A stretch of 64,000 nt of DNA from Phoronis australis (lineage: Eukaryota > Animalia > Phoronida). Shown here in pieces: positions 51,383 to 64,000 of this stretch. Both the position numbers and the translations under genes were made by a program. The stretch's first letter is position 1. Each line of letters starts with the position of its first letter. Under the pieces are notes generated by a model. It did not search any database. It was not told the DNA's origin and was given only the letters and a program-made list of their open reading frames with translations. Location of the stretch: contig NMRA01000743.1 in the NCBI GenBank assembly GCA_002633005.1, positions 1 through 64,000 of the forward strand, written 5' to 3'.

Positions 51383-52004
51383 TCTTATTCACATGTATCT
51401 TGTTGGCGGGAACGCCGTGTCCGTGATCTGTTTGCGTGACAGGTGACTCATAAGTATGTCGCAAGCGCTGCCTCAGAAACAAACCGGGGTCACTTATACT
51501 GCAGTCGCGTCGTCTGTGCTTGGTTTGCATACAGTGAAGACGTTGAGCACCAATGGATGTTGCGAATAATAAGTCAAGGCGTGTTACATGACAAATATAT
51601 TTCCTATTGCTAAGTTTGGTAAGTCGATTGTGTTCAGGGTCAGTATCATCGCTGTTTGTATTTTTGCGGACTTCGTGTGAATTTCTTGTCAGTAATAACA
51701 ATCACAAATCTACGCGGCTGTTCAAACAGTCTAAAATCACAAATCGAAACATTGTCGGCAGCCAACCACATAAATTCTAAGATTTTGGACTCCATCGATT
51801 TTGCCGTCTTTCTCATATTTCTCGAATTTCAGATGGCCAGTATTGCCCTTTTCTAAAATTTCGGACAAGTTCAAAATAATTACTTTTTTGCTGTCTTAAA
51901 TTCGGGAATTTTTACCATACTCTTTTCAATTGGATTTTTGCTTGCCATAGTTTATTTATTTGTCGAAACTTTTGAAAACTGCTTACTTTTCAAGTTCATC
52001 ATCA

Positions 52005-53035
52005 TCATCATCTCAGTTGTCTCGGTGTCCGTCATCCGCTACTGTATCTCCTAAACCCCTTGCAAGATTTTATTAACTTTGGCAATGAAGCTAACAACAA
52101 ATGACGATGGAGTTAGGTTCAATCCAATTACTGCAGCGTCCCTGGTGGCAGTTAGTTTTTTACGTTGCTTCTGTATCTTCGGAGTTTCTTTATGGATTGT
52201 TAGGAAATTATAAGCAAATAGGATTTTTGTAAGGAGACGATGATGCCATTCCATTTTTGGATGGATTTAACATATTTTACGCTGCCTTGTGTCCATTTTT
52301 GTTATTTTTGTGTCCAATGTTTTCTGGCGTCTGCCTCTCTATTTGCGAAACTGCTCAAAAAAGAAATTTCCTCGTGTTGCTGACTAGAAGGCACGACCGA
52401 CATTGACTTTCGGACGGGTCCGACTACTTTGTTGTCCCTTTGAATGACGTTTTGATTTTAATTGTTTTGCGTCTGCGGCCAAATCTCCTTAACCCTCTGA
52501 GGGAGCTTTGTGAAATTTGATAGATGTTCCCATGGCGCCGACGACAGATGGCAACGATTGCAAAACTGATCTGAATGCCACTGTGCCCCCTTGTGACAAA
52601 ATGCTTTTTTACATTTTTGCCTCTGTATCTTCGGGAGTTCATAAATGTATTTTCATAAAATCCAGCCAACAGGTTTCTATTAAGCAGACTACAACACCTT
52701 CCCGTTTTCAAAGATTTGACATTTTCTGGGCCACCAGTGGTAGCCATATATTTTTTTTGCATTTTTGATGCCCGATTCTCTTCCAAACCACTCAAAGGAT
52801 CATTATGAAAATTGAAAGTTGTGTTCCTGATGCGGCAAATGTGATTTCACTAAGGAGACCAGAATGCCTTTCTATTGTCTGACAGATTTGGTTTATTATG
52901 TGATACCCAGTGGCCATTATTAGGTATATCGATAATTTTTAGCACTTGTAACACATCTTTGTTTTTCTCAAGAAAGACACAGTAGTTTTTAACAACATTA
53001 CTCAAAGCATCAGATTTGATTTCAATATTTGTTTA
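52005..53035 (+). mobile_element. Old diverged HINE-family copy
   Basis: GTCCGTCATCCG microsatellite remnant, CTGTATCTCCTAAACC, and CCACCAGTGG-type subunits. Confidence 0.6.
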
Positions 53036-53099
53036 CCCAGATCGTTCCAAGGCTGTTCATTTTTTAGTTTTGTACAAAGGCTACCTCAATATAGGGCCC

Positions 53100-53291
53100 T
53101 CCCAAATTACACGGCAATAGAATTCTCCTTTGTTGTCCCTCGTTTTGGAAATCAGGCACATTTTCATGTCTCATTGATGTTGGGACGGCGATAAATTTCA
53201 GATCACGCATCCACGGGTATTTGTCCAGTTCATCATACTTTTTCATGTCGGAGTTGCAGCCCACAGCACAGCACTAATACTTTGTTGGCAT
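53100..53291 (-). pseudogene. THAP-domain transposase N-terminal remnant
   Basis: MPTKY*CCAVGCNSDMKKYDELDKYPWMRDLKFIAVP: THAP CxxxxC start with an in-frame stop. The second half of the domain was not found. Confidence 0.55.
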
Positions 53292-53713
53292 TGGAAGGAG
53301 GAATAGAGTAATGCAACCGCGAAAAAACTTGTAAAGTATCAGACAATAAATAACATGTGAAACTCCAGTGGCATGAAAACGAGGCAGCAAATGTGCCTGA
53401 CGGATGTTCACGGCATTTTGGGTAAATACAGCGAGATTCGAGTGTCGCTGTGTAATCCAGGACGGCCCTATTGCAGTCTATTCAACCAAAGGATTCAGGA
53501 GGTCATCTTTGAGAATGGGCACAATAAAATGACAAAAATTCTAAATTTTGCTGTTATATAATAATTTCAAGATTGGAAGTTTTTCTTACCCACCAATAAT
53601 CCCAATATGTGCCCTTTTTAATTGATGATGTCTGATTCATTCATTACATATTCACCGATACTGCATTTTTATTAGCTATCAGCAATTCTAACAGCGTTGA
53701 ATCATTTTTGCAG

Positions 53714-53845
53714 GTGAAGAAACTGATGGGTTTGTTTGACTCCAGTGATGCAAAAGATAATTCAGACGATTGTCCCTCCTGTGACATGAGGGATTTCTTC
53801 ATCCCATGGGGTCCCCAAGGAATAGATACTGCGGAGGTGTTGAAG
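53714..53845 (+). CDS. Exon of thioester-containing protein (linker / variable region)
   Basis: TTTTTGCAG|...|GTGAGT, 132 bp, phase 0-0. VKKLMGLFDSSDAKDNSDDCPSCDMRDFFIPWGPQGIDTAEVLK continues NDITKQQ as expected (V..L..FD ... D..EV.K). Confidence 0.8.
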
Positions 53846-54073
53846 GTGAGTTCAGGTGACCTTTGACCTTTGAACACTGATGTTTTTCTTCCTCTAAAAG
53901 TATAGTTCTGTGGAAGCCCTTCGTTTACACAAACTTCGTTTAAAATACAACTAGACTTTTTCTTTGCAAGCGTGATACTGGTTCGCTGGTAGTGACGGAA
54001 CAGTCTCCTTTTCTTCAGGTGTGCAGGTATGTAGTAAAACATTGAGAGACATAACAAACAAACAAATTAAAAC

Positions 54074-54114
54074 ACTAGCTATATTTCAAGACTGCGTGTC
54101 TCATCATCAGACAA
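54074..54114 (-). ncRNA. Minimal hammerhead ribozyme motif (Penelope family B)
   Basis: CTGATGA-TGAGAC(acgca)GTCTT-GAAA-TATA-GC. Confidence 0.65.
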
Positions 54115-54178
54115 CAAATGGAATGAATACATAGCGAAATAAACAGTGACATACATGGGATAGCGGGAAGAAGGGTGT

Positions 54179-56639
54179 GGGCGGCCGTTTATGCAAAAAA
54201 AAACATCAAAATGTATATTCAATTCCATTTAATGAACTCAATGGCAACTGCACAACAATTAATCCTATCTTGTGTATTCAATGCTATTACCTCAACTCAC
54301 TCCACACACGGGGATTCAATATGGTGAATTCAATGCTGTTTTGTTTATTGTAACCTGTTAATTTGTGAATTCAGTGCTGTTAAATCAATTCTGTTTTGTT
54401 CATCGTATGGTGTTGTGAATTCAGTCACCTTTCGTGTATTCAATCCAGTTTTGTTGAGTCTCTTTCGTCGATCCTAGCGGCCTATAGGCCAAACTAATAA
54501 CTCCATGACTTGTATTCTGTCCTGTCATGAATTCAGTCTAGTTGCATCAATCCTAGCGGCCTATGGATGAATCCAATATATGTGTTGCATGTGCGCATGC
54601 GTTTGAGTTTCCTTGTCGCATAACGTCTGCGACACCCATCGGAAGCAAGGCAACAGTTGTTTCTGACAATGTCACACTAAAGAGAACTGCTGTCAAATAT
54701 CATTGGTCTTTTGACCGATTCAGTCGACCTGCTGTAAGTCAACAACCAGCCTGGCACACAGCGGATTCTTGCCGCTTAACTTTGTCACTGAGGGACACCA
54801 TGATGGCAAAGTTAGCGTCAACTGATGCGAGACCCAGCAGTTCCTCCAGCTCCTCCTTTGTTTCAGGCACAGCATGTGCACCTGGCAACAGGGTGTGTGC
54901 CCAGTTCTATTTGTGACATTGTTTGTGCTTTAAGGCCAATTTAAAAATGCACACTAGTAGATCGCAGGCAAGAAATGTCATAAATCAGACGGGAAGTTTC
55001 TGCCTATAAAAAGGGATGGGGTGTCTTCGCCAAATTAAAGTTCATGTGTCAGCCTCCGCCTACTCAAAAATGCGCATTATTCGCGCTACCCTGGGTATTC
55101 ATAAAGTGCGACAAATCTTTTGGGGGGTACCAGAATGCACCTATGTGGGGCAGTGTACTAAATCCAAAAAAAGAAAAGGTGTTTTGTGCAGTGGGTCGTG
55201 TGAGGATGTAAAAATCTTCATCAACAACCGTTTTTTATGCTTAAACGTCGGAAGGTAAAATGATGAGGGGAGAGCTAAATTCACCAGCAAGCAAGCAAAC
55301 CACTGCAAACGGCCACAGTAAAGTTTCATCAACAGAAAGATATCGAAATATTTGGTATACTACATCTCTGTGTTTGTGTTTTTTTATGTCGATTTTTCTA
55401 AATTATTTTATACTTGTGTATGCAGCTTGGCTGTGATTACCCCGGGTATTTACTGGCACAGTCCAACTTAGTGATTCGTAATTTTATCATCCGTGACACA
55501 AAGTTGTCATTCTCTAAATAACCTTCAGCCTGTAAAATTTCATTTTGATTTGTTCATAAGGATTGATCAGTAATCGGAATGGGAAAATCGACCTTTAACG
55601 CAACAATTCATATTAGATTTGAAGCGGATTTTAGAAGGGGAGCACTTTGTGCCATTAGCTACGCGCTTAGCGCCAAGCAGGGTGAGGTCGCGTGGGATTT
55701 GGTAATTGAATGGGTCTATGTTTTTTAAATTTGGTATGGGTAGACATTTTATTGATTTGGTAACATTTCACACTAGGCTTGGTCCAGTTTTTGACTGAAT
55801 GGAACCATAGCTCAATACCCTGTGTATTATTATGTACTTGTATATGTAACTATTTGTAAACTTAAGTTTTTGCAAATCATTTTCGATATTTTACAGCTAT
55901 GTTTGGTAAATGTTAATGCAGCTTGGGGTTAATATTTGCCAGCAAGGTTATGTATCTCATGTCATGTTTGGCATTGTGAATGGGGTGTTAATGCCGTACA
56001 GTAGCCTACCTTAGATCACATTGTCTTTAAGACAGCAATTGCTGATGGACTGTTTATTGTTGCTGTTACTATGGCTGGCACATGTGTGTGTATCAGATGC
56101 ACAGTTGTTTTAGTCTATTTCTCTAGTACTCGTCTGATTATGACCATGAAAAAATAATTTTTAAACTGTCTGCAACTTTGAAATACCAGCGTTCATGACC
56201 TTGCGGAGTTCATATGTTGAAGAATAATGACTGACCAAAGAAACAGTGTGTGATTACCAAACTTATAAAATCGCCAAAGAGCACAGTCATGTACTTATCC
56301 CTGTGCATGCGCTCATGCGATATATTTAGTTTGTGTCATTAGGCCGCCAGGATTGACGAAACAAAATAGACGAAACTGGATTGAGTTCAAGAAATGGGAT
56401 TGAATTCACAACACGATAGGGTAGTCGAAACAGAATCGATTAAACAGCATTGAATTCAGTTAACAAGATAGAATGTACAAAACAGCATTGAGTTCACGAT
56501 ATTGAATAGACGAGTGTGGATTGAATTAATGTAAAGCATTGAATACACAAGATAGGATTGAATTGTTGTACAATTGACATCGAGTTCATTAAATGGAATT
56601 GAATATACAATTTGATGTTTTTTGCAGAAATGGCCACCC
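54179..56639. mobile_element. Non-autonomous element with ~310-bp TIRs, GG termini, probable AT target (ISL2EU/PIF-like)
   Basis: GGGCGGCCGTTTATGCAAAAAA...CATCAAA versus the reverse complement of ...TTTGATGTTTTTTGCAGAAATGGCCACCC|AT. Arms ~54179-54485 and ~56341-56639. Interrupts the Penelope B 3' region. Confidence 0.8.
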
Positions 56640-57663
56640 ATAGAATGGCATACAAGCAGAGAGTGTGAATACAACACACGCCAGCGTGCGGTAAACACCT
56701 GTGAGCTGCTTATTCGACACAGGAGGTTTTTCGTGACTGGTCAATAGCGATTCCAAAATCTTTAGCTGAAACGTGTCATTTTCAACATAGCGAATGATTG
56801 TATTGTCTACTATTTCTTGCCTAGTTATTTTCCAGCCATGTTGGTGTACAAAATAATTTTAATTGGACCCCCCCTGCAAGTGCATGGACAACCGTCGCCA
56901 GAGAGCACATCGTGTGTATAATGTAATGTAATGCTGCTCATGAGAATGAAGATGAAGACATTTGTCCACATGACATGTGAATTGGTAAACAACATTACAG
57001 TTGGCCACTGGTCGTAGTCTAATAATTATCTGAGTGACGAACATGTCCTGAAGAGGATTGTAAGGGATAATGTTAAGGTGGTCAAACTTGGTGATAGATT
57101 GAATGTGGTTATTTGTTATCAGAATACGAAGTCACGTCACCATGTCTTGAAAAACAGCCCCAGTTGTGAAAGACTACGACCAGTGGCCAAACGTAATGTT
57201 GTTTACCAATAGCTCACATGCGAGTTTCCAGTTATTCAATGTGACGTCACCTGTAGTAGGGCAAAACCCGCCATATTGCTCTTGTTTTGCCTCGAGTCTT
57301 CGCTACGCACATTAAATCTTACTGGAGTTCTTATGAAAAATTTTACGCTTAAAACGTTAACACAACTTAAGAGATGGTAGATGGATCGTGGAATAACTGT
57401 GAATGGATGAAGAAAAGGTGAACTTAAGTTGTGCGAAGCTGTGAACGGACTGAAATTGAAACTCGACCCGGACTAAGCCTGAATGCCGTGGTCATACAAG
57501 GACAATTCCCCATAAAAAGTTACTCATTTATAAATACAGCAAATAAATCAAATGCAACGTGTATATGCACATGGAGTTATAATTAACACATACCCTGACT
57601 CTGCTTACAATTTAGTTGACATAACTTGAACACTAAATCAGTTCTTGGCCACAGTAAGATTAA

Positions 57664-58811
57664 AAACCGGACGATCGCTGCACAAATGAAGAAGTTCATG
57701 ATAAATCAACATTTCGTCTATTCATTAGACATCATCAGGATATTTACATAGGACAACAAGTGCCAACATACATCTCAGGTGACATCCATGAACTGAAGTG
57801 AGAGATACAGAGTAGTCGGTAGCTGGTCATCACCATAGGTGCAGGGTCACTGAGCTCTGCATGTTGTTCAGAGAATCAGTAGCATGATGGTTCTGAATGG
57901 CCAGTGACTCTTTCATGTACAGTAATTCCTTATTAGTTTCACTGCAGATAACACTAACTGAATTGGCTTGGTGATTGTTGCTAACACAATGCCTATATAT
58001 GTTGCTTTTCTCTGAGGTGTGATGTTTTTTCAGCCTGTCACAGAGGCGTCTGTGTGTGAGTCCGATATAGAATTCCTTACAGTTGTCACATTCGACCTCA
58101 TAAACAACATTGCTCTTGTTCAATAAAGGGATGGGTGACTTCAGTTTACATAGCATACTGGAAAGTTTCCGAAGAGGTTTGAAAACAACTATCAGTTCAA
58201 CGGCTGGGTTTATGCAATGAATAAGGCGAGATAATTGACGTTTCAATTTTATACTACTAGGCCCGGTGTAATCAAGAGAAAAGAAAATTTTCTTTTTCTC
58301 GGGTCCAAAAAGAAAGTTTTCTTTTCTTTTGGTTGTACCCATCCCTGTATTGAACAAGAGCAGTGTTATTTATAAGGTTGAATGTGACAACTGTAAGGAG
58401 TTCTATATCGGACTCACACACAGACGCCTCTGACAGGCTGGGAGAACATCACACCTCAGAGAAAAGCAACATATATAGGCATTGTGTTAGCAAGAATCAC
58501 CAAGCTAATTCAGTTAGTGTTATCTGCATGCAGTGAAACTAATAAGGAATTACTGTACATTAAAGAGTCACTGGCCATTCAGAACCAGCATGCTAATGAT
58601 TCTCTGAACAACATGCAGAGCTCAGTGACCCTGCAACTATGGTGATGACCAGCTACTGACTACTCTGTATCTCTCACTTCACTTCATGGATGTCACCTGA
58701 GATGTATGTTGGCACTTGTTGTCCTATGTAAATATCCTAATGATGTCTAATGAATAGACAAAACATTGATTTATCTTGAACTTCTTCATTTGTGTGGCGA
58801 TCATCTGGTTT
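57664..58811 (-). mobile_element. Penelope-like element family A, 5'-truncated with inverted terminal copy; GIY-YIG endonuclease frame 58357-57830
   Basis: SNVVYEVECDNCKEFYIGLTHRRLCDRLKKH...ESLAI...LN. Arms 57664-58124 and 58348-58811 are inverted repeats. Confidence 0.92.
57703..57742 (-). ncRNA. Minimal hammerhead ribozyme motif (Penelope family A); decayed copy at 58733-58772 (+)
   Basis: CCTGATGA-TGTCTA(atgaa)TAGAC-GAAA-TGTTGA. Confidence 0.65.
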
Positions 58812-59977
58812 ATAACTTGAACATATTCATGAAAATCTGTCGCGGTTTGCTAGAGTTTCTTTGACCCAGGTGCCATTTTGAGGGAATTCTGGGAAATCAC
58901 GCAGTTCGACGAACAAAAAGTCTGAGGGATACCAATGTTACAAATTTCACCAGATATCTCCCCATGCTATTTTGCAAGTATCACGCGCCAGGTCACGGGC
59001 TTCGCTCATTCTTGTGCTAGCTTTTGCCTCGTATTCACTTGACTCAGTTGAAATACTTTAATTGTGGTCAGTGTGCGTGCGATGAAAAAGTTAACGGTAT
59101 CCATAAAGTGGAGTTGGAATTCTTTGCCAAAGTCAACTTAATTCTCGTAGATATGCTTCATCGAAGATATGTTTGGAAGCAGAAAGGATCACTGAAGAAA
59201 GTAAGCGCTTTTTAAGTGACAGTTTTAAGCGTAGAACGTATTTTTGATGAGGTGAAAACTCTTAATCAGTGAGCGGATTTCGCCTACCGCCCGTTTAAAA
59301 TACACGGGGTGAAATTAGTACAGAATGTGATGTGACGTATTGAAGTGTGAATCTGAATTTCCCATAACAGCAATGCTTGTTTGGCATTTTTTCACACTAA
59401 AAGATAAAAAAACTCGAAGTAAACTGAACCGAATACACTTTGCTAACGTATTGGACAAATGGCCATACAACAAGCTTTTGTTCTACTTCCGGTGACGTCA
59501 CGGTTAAGTCTTACAGAATCTTGCGCTGTTGTTATTAACCCTGCAAAAGGACTATTCACATGTCATGTGGACGAATGTCTTCATCCTCATTCTTGTGAGC
59601 AGCATTACATTGGACACACAGAGTGTTCTCTCTCTCTCACGACATTTGTCCATGCACTTACAAGGGCTCTATTCAAGATCTTTTTGTACACCAACATGGC
59701 AAGAAAATAACTGGGCAAGAATTAGTTGACAGTGCCATCATTTGCTATGTTGATTATGACACATTTTGGCTAAAGATTTTGGAATCGCTCTTTATCAGTC
59801 GCGAAAAACCTGTGTTGAATGAACAGCTCACAGGTGTGTACCGCACGCTGGCTGTTTCAATAGGGTTGCGGGCTTCCTACTGTGTGTTGCGTTCACACTC
59901 TCTGCTTGTATGCCGTTCGTCCCACTGTCACATGTATTTTACTGTTTATTTCGCTATGTATATGTTCATTCCACTCA

Positions 59978-60016
59978 TTGCCTGATGATGAGACATGCAG
60001 TCTTGAAATATAGCTA
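59978..60016 (+). ncRNA. Minimal hammerhead ribozyme motif (Penelope family B)
   Basis: GC-CTGATGA-TGAGAC(atgca)GTCTT-GAAA-TATA-GC. Confidence 0.65.
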
Positions 60017-63000
60017 GAGTTTTAATTCGTTTGTTATGTCTCTCAATGTTTTTCTACATACCTGCACACCTGAACAAACTTAAGGTAACTTTTCCGAAAC
60101 TATGAGTGCACCAGTATCAAGCTTGCAAACAAAAAGTCAAGGCGTGTTTTTGAAAGATGGAGATGGGGCCATGCAACTGTCACAATCATAAACATGAAAG
60201 TTGCCTGGGGTCAATTGTATGGCAGATGGTCACTAGCGCCCAGTCATCTCTTTCTTGGTATAAGTAGTCCTGGGACAACAAGACATCTGATATTGAAAGC
60301 TTGGCAAAGGCCAACCTCTAGATAGAGGGATTAAATCACCCCACTGCATAGGTTTTGTTGGATATACTAAACATTTAATGGTCAGTTACTGCCGTCAATT
60401 TAATTCCCAATTTTGGTAAGTATGGACCATAGCTTTGACTATGTGATTGCTATTGCAGGAACCTATTGGTTTTGTTTTACTTTTCAGCAAACTGGTGTTC
60501 TCGTGATGACAAATGCTAGAATTTACCAGAGCAGGCCAGGTGAGATTTGGTTGTGTTGTATTGACCAATTGTAGAACCAACAACATAAACTGAACCTTTC
60601 CTCTTTGAAGGTTCACTGAGAAATATGTGCACTTGACCTGTCAATTTTCAAAGTGTTGGGCCACTTCTGAGCTTATGCCCAGCAGCAAAGAAATATATAT
60701 TGGGCATCTACAGAAATGATATTAAACCACACCTGTCCAATTTCTGAATTTTCTGATGTCAGTCTCAATGCAAATTCAAAGGAACACTTTTCTGGCGTAA
60801 AAACAGTGATCTTGTAATTCTGACATCAAACACTGTCACCATGGTATCTGTCAAGTTGCAGCCTGACAATTATGCAAGATTGTTTACACATAGTTCCATA
60901 GAAGCCTAAAGAATGTGTTGCCAAGTAGAATTAAGAAGAGACCATGAATTTCCATGATGTTCCCTTCAGACGGACCATTTCAATATTTTCTCTTGTGTGA
61001 TTCACAGCACCCTCTGTTGCCACTGACTGAGAGTGCAGCTAGAGACTGAGCCACTTTTTGTTACAGGAGGGATCCCTACACTGAATTACAAGTTCACTAC
61101 ATTACCCTTCAGTCTTTGTCACTATTAAAATAGCTGTGTATGTTCTTGGAAGCTGGTTGTACACTAGACCATATAATCGGACTGTGTTCTTATATTTTGT
61201 GATACTATGCCATTGTGTTTTGCGTCATGCCTGCAGCAAAATTGTCCTGTCTTCATAGGCTTTTCTATGATCTGGGACAGGTTGCATTAAACTTGAATAT
61301 TCATCCATTGGTTAAAATGAGGTGACTACTGCATTACGTCAAAAGAACGTTCAACAATGCCAATCCAACGTCTGGCTTGCTGTAGCAGCAGGAGCTGCAG
61401 TAGATTTGGGTTGTTGGTAAAGGGAATCATTTACAGAGTTTTGAATTCCCATAGTGAGTCTGCGATAGGGAATTCTGATGAAAAGGCAACCTTTCCGAGG
61501 AAATTTTGTCAGAAAAGACATCCTTTGCAGGGAAACTGGCTTTGGATACATCAGTGTTTTGAGTGGTGGCACATGCTGCAAATATTCCCAGGGTGATTGG
61601 AAATAGCAGATTAAATGTAAATGATTGTACCATGTTTGTGTGGGTGATGTGGAAATCACTTGGTGTCGCAAGTGGAGCAAGGAACTTTCCCATAGAAATG
61701 GTCCCATGTTACACCTATGTGTCATGCTTTTGAACTTTCTACTCACAATCTTTTCAGATGACTGCTAAAGCCTGAGTCTTTTATTTATTTAAGCCCCACC
61801 TAGTGTGTATTTTCTTGAAGTGCACAGCAGTCAATTGAGTGCTGCAAATGCATTGAGTTTGATTATAATGTAGTGGTGTCCTGTTGTTATCTATTTCTTA
61901 TCTGATTGTTTGTCTTTTACAAACAATGCTCATTGTTGCCCTGCATGCCAAATGAATGCTTCCTCCTAGTGGATATATTTGTGGTGGTAATTGTTCCTTT
62001 CACAAGCATTACAGTGCTCCTAGTCGTGTCGGCATCCTGGGGCCTGAATGTCTCGATTTTGGGAGTGCCGAATATCGCTCCCATTATTGTCTGAAAATAT
62101 ATTCCAATCATGCGAAATTCCCCTCATCATGTCCAAAAATCCCCCTCTGGTGATTAAAATTCCCTTCAAGGTAAAAATATACCTTTCAATTACATAGACC
62201 CTTGGCTTCAGAATGTTTTACTTACTGCGAAAATTTTAACTTTATAGGCACGCCTTCCGAATGTTTACAGCCTTCATTTAATTAAATGTTTTAGGTTGTA
62301 AAAGTCACATTTCTTGTCCGATTTTCAAAATTCAAAAACTTAACCTTGTTTACTTTTCACAAACAATTCAAATATATATTGGTGTGATAGAACGAAAAAA
62401 AATTAAATTTTAGCGCATTTTGGAACTTATGCAACCTCTTCAACCCAGTAAACGAATTTGAAGTTTTCCAGTAAAGGAGGCGTGAGATCTATCATTGGAT
62501 TTTTCAACTGAGATAGTGATGTGCATGACTGTAAGAGTGATTTCAATTTTAGTATCTGTATTTGCAGCATATTAAATTGTGAACTTAAGGCTTCAATACA
62601 AATTGCAAGTGATTGAGTACTTGAATGACTGCTAGGTAGTAGTCGTGGAATTCTCGAGTAGTTTTCCCAAATTTCGTTGAGATTTTACTCAAGAATTATT
62701 GATAGCCACGTTTCCTGAGAAGTTACTTTGCCTCAGTAAATCTGACGTAGTAATAAAATTATATGGTTAAAAACTGGCATCAGTACAACTTCAATCTGAG
62801 TTATGGCACAATCTCACCAACATATTTAACAAATTTGAAAATCTTCTAATTTTGTTGTAAATGTCCACAATATCACAGAACAGTGTCTTAAGAATTTTGA
62901 TGTTTTCAGTCGTGGTTGATGAAATAACATTGTTTTTAAGAGCAAGCTTTGTTTTCGGCTAGGGTGACTTTGCTGGTTGTTTTAATCTTATCGTATGAAA

Positions 63001-64000
63001 ATTGGCGCGTAACTACATTTTGCTGGATGTATGTGTTTAGGCAGTGGTCAAGAAAAATTGAAGTTGCAGTCAACACCAAATGAAAACCCTGAATCTTGCA
63101 ACACCATTGGCTGTTGTTTGGAAGTGACTGGAAAGAAGGAGGCCCTGTTTACTAGTCACTGAATTCATAGATCTCTGTGGCTGTTGGACAACCTTTTGGT
63201 GGTGGCTGGGTAGGAATGTGCATTTCTTGGCTCTGAGTTTTTGGGCAATATCGGCATTTGACTGTTGTACTACACAACAACTCTTGCATGGCCTAAATAT
63301 AAACTGTTTTCGTTGACAGGTTTGGTCTCTGCAGAAAATGGCAATAATGGATATTCTGAAACAAAATCCCAATTTATTGCAATTGGTTGCGGGAGGTTTT
63401 CGCTTCATTTTTGTCAAGACTGTATGACTGGAGTTCTGAGACTTTAGGGAACAGTCTGTCACAGCATTGCCTGTGCATGTTACAGGAGTACCTAGTTTTG
63501 ACCTGTCATTCAACAGGTGCTGCAATAGTGATTTCAGTTTTTGTCAGGCACCATTGGTATCCATTAACATATGAATGAAGTCGTTCCACTGGTGTTTCGT
63601 AATTTTCTAGGCCGGTCATCTTCTCTGACTTCCATCATTGTGTGCAGTTCAACATGCACAACAGATTCCCTTTTCGTTGCAGTATGTTCTTTTCAGTTGT
63701 GGACTGTGAGTGTTGTTGATATGGACCTCGGGAAGAATGCGTCACTATAGATTCAAAGGTAGTCATTTTTTGTCATCCAATTTTCCACTGATACATTACT
63801 AGAAGTTGCATCTAGTTTGGAGCTGTTCTAAGTTGATTCAACAGAAAAGGAATTGGGACACAAAATGACCAATCCCACTAGGGCAAATTCTGTGTTGCCC
63901 ACTCGCCGTTGTCAGCAGACTCGCTCGCTTTGGGAGGTAGTGTTGACAGCAACTTGATACGAACAGCACCCTGTGTGGCGATATCAAGTGTCATCTGGTT

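Larger units (their letters stand above)
49237..51917. mobile_element. TA-target DNA transposon remnant (CGGTA termini) hosting nested insertions
   Basis: TA|CGGTAAATATTCCTGAATTTAGGACA ... GTCTTAAATTCGGGAATTTTTACCA|TA, with subterminal AATTTCGGAC repeats. Confidence 0.7.
57211..59553. mobile_element. Non-autonomous AT-target element (ISL2EU-like)
   Basis: The uninterrupted Penelope arm reads CCAATTCACATG, whereas here it is CCAAT|AG...CT|ATTCACATG (AT duplication). Subterminal inverted GTGACGTCACC(T/G)G(T/A)AGTAG. Confidence 0.75.
53870..60150. mobile_element. Penelope-like element family B, inverted pair, broken by two insertions
   Basis: Minus arm 57170-56640 plus 54178-~53870. Plus arm 57171-57210 plus 59554-~60150. 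GIY-YIG remnant NVVYQFTC...HYIGHT...RLSMH...LKILESLFI...KPVLNEQ, then a hammerhead and the start of the next ORF (partial tandem). Confidence 0.85.

Noticed and set aside
51372-51701. Possible decayed PHD finger in the CGGTA element
   Set aside because: Too few Cys/His ligands remain to support it.
53644-54057. 137-aa minus-strand ORF as a gene
   Set aside because: A chimera of a Penelope ORF N-terminus running into the antisense of a TEP exon.

Overview
AT-rich eukaryotic DNA, most likely a marine invertebrate (inferred from the repeat and GPCR families; species not determinable). There is no sign of prokaryotic operons, rRNA or CRISPR. Host genes: (i) four phase-0 exons of a thioester-protein (CD109/A2M/TEP-like) gene on + (43872-53845); (ii) a single-coding-exon FMRFamide-receptor-like class A GPCR on - (29021-30061/30079), possibly nested in a very long TEP intron; (iii) a weak multi-exon, probably pseudogenic, remnant on - at 198-910. 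Most of the rest is transposon-derived: three Kolobok elements (TTAA targets), TA-target CCGTA/CGGTA elements including a multi-copy family with a HIRAN-like ORF, AT-target ISL2EU-like elements, hAT-like MITEs, Helentron-type (HINE) elements with internal satellite arrays of CTCF-like motifs, three LINE fragments, and Penelope-like elements with about nine hammerhead-ribozyme-like motifs in four sequence families. Two local duplications flank single Ns and are probably assembly artefacts. All calls are by eye, without database searches.
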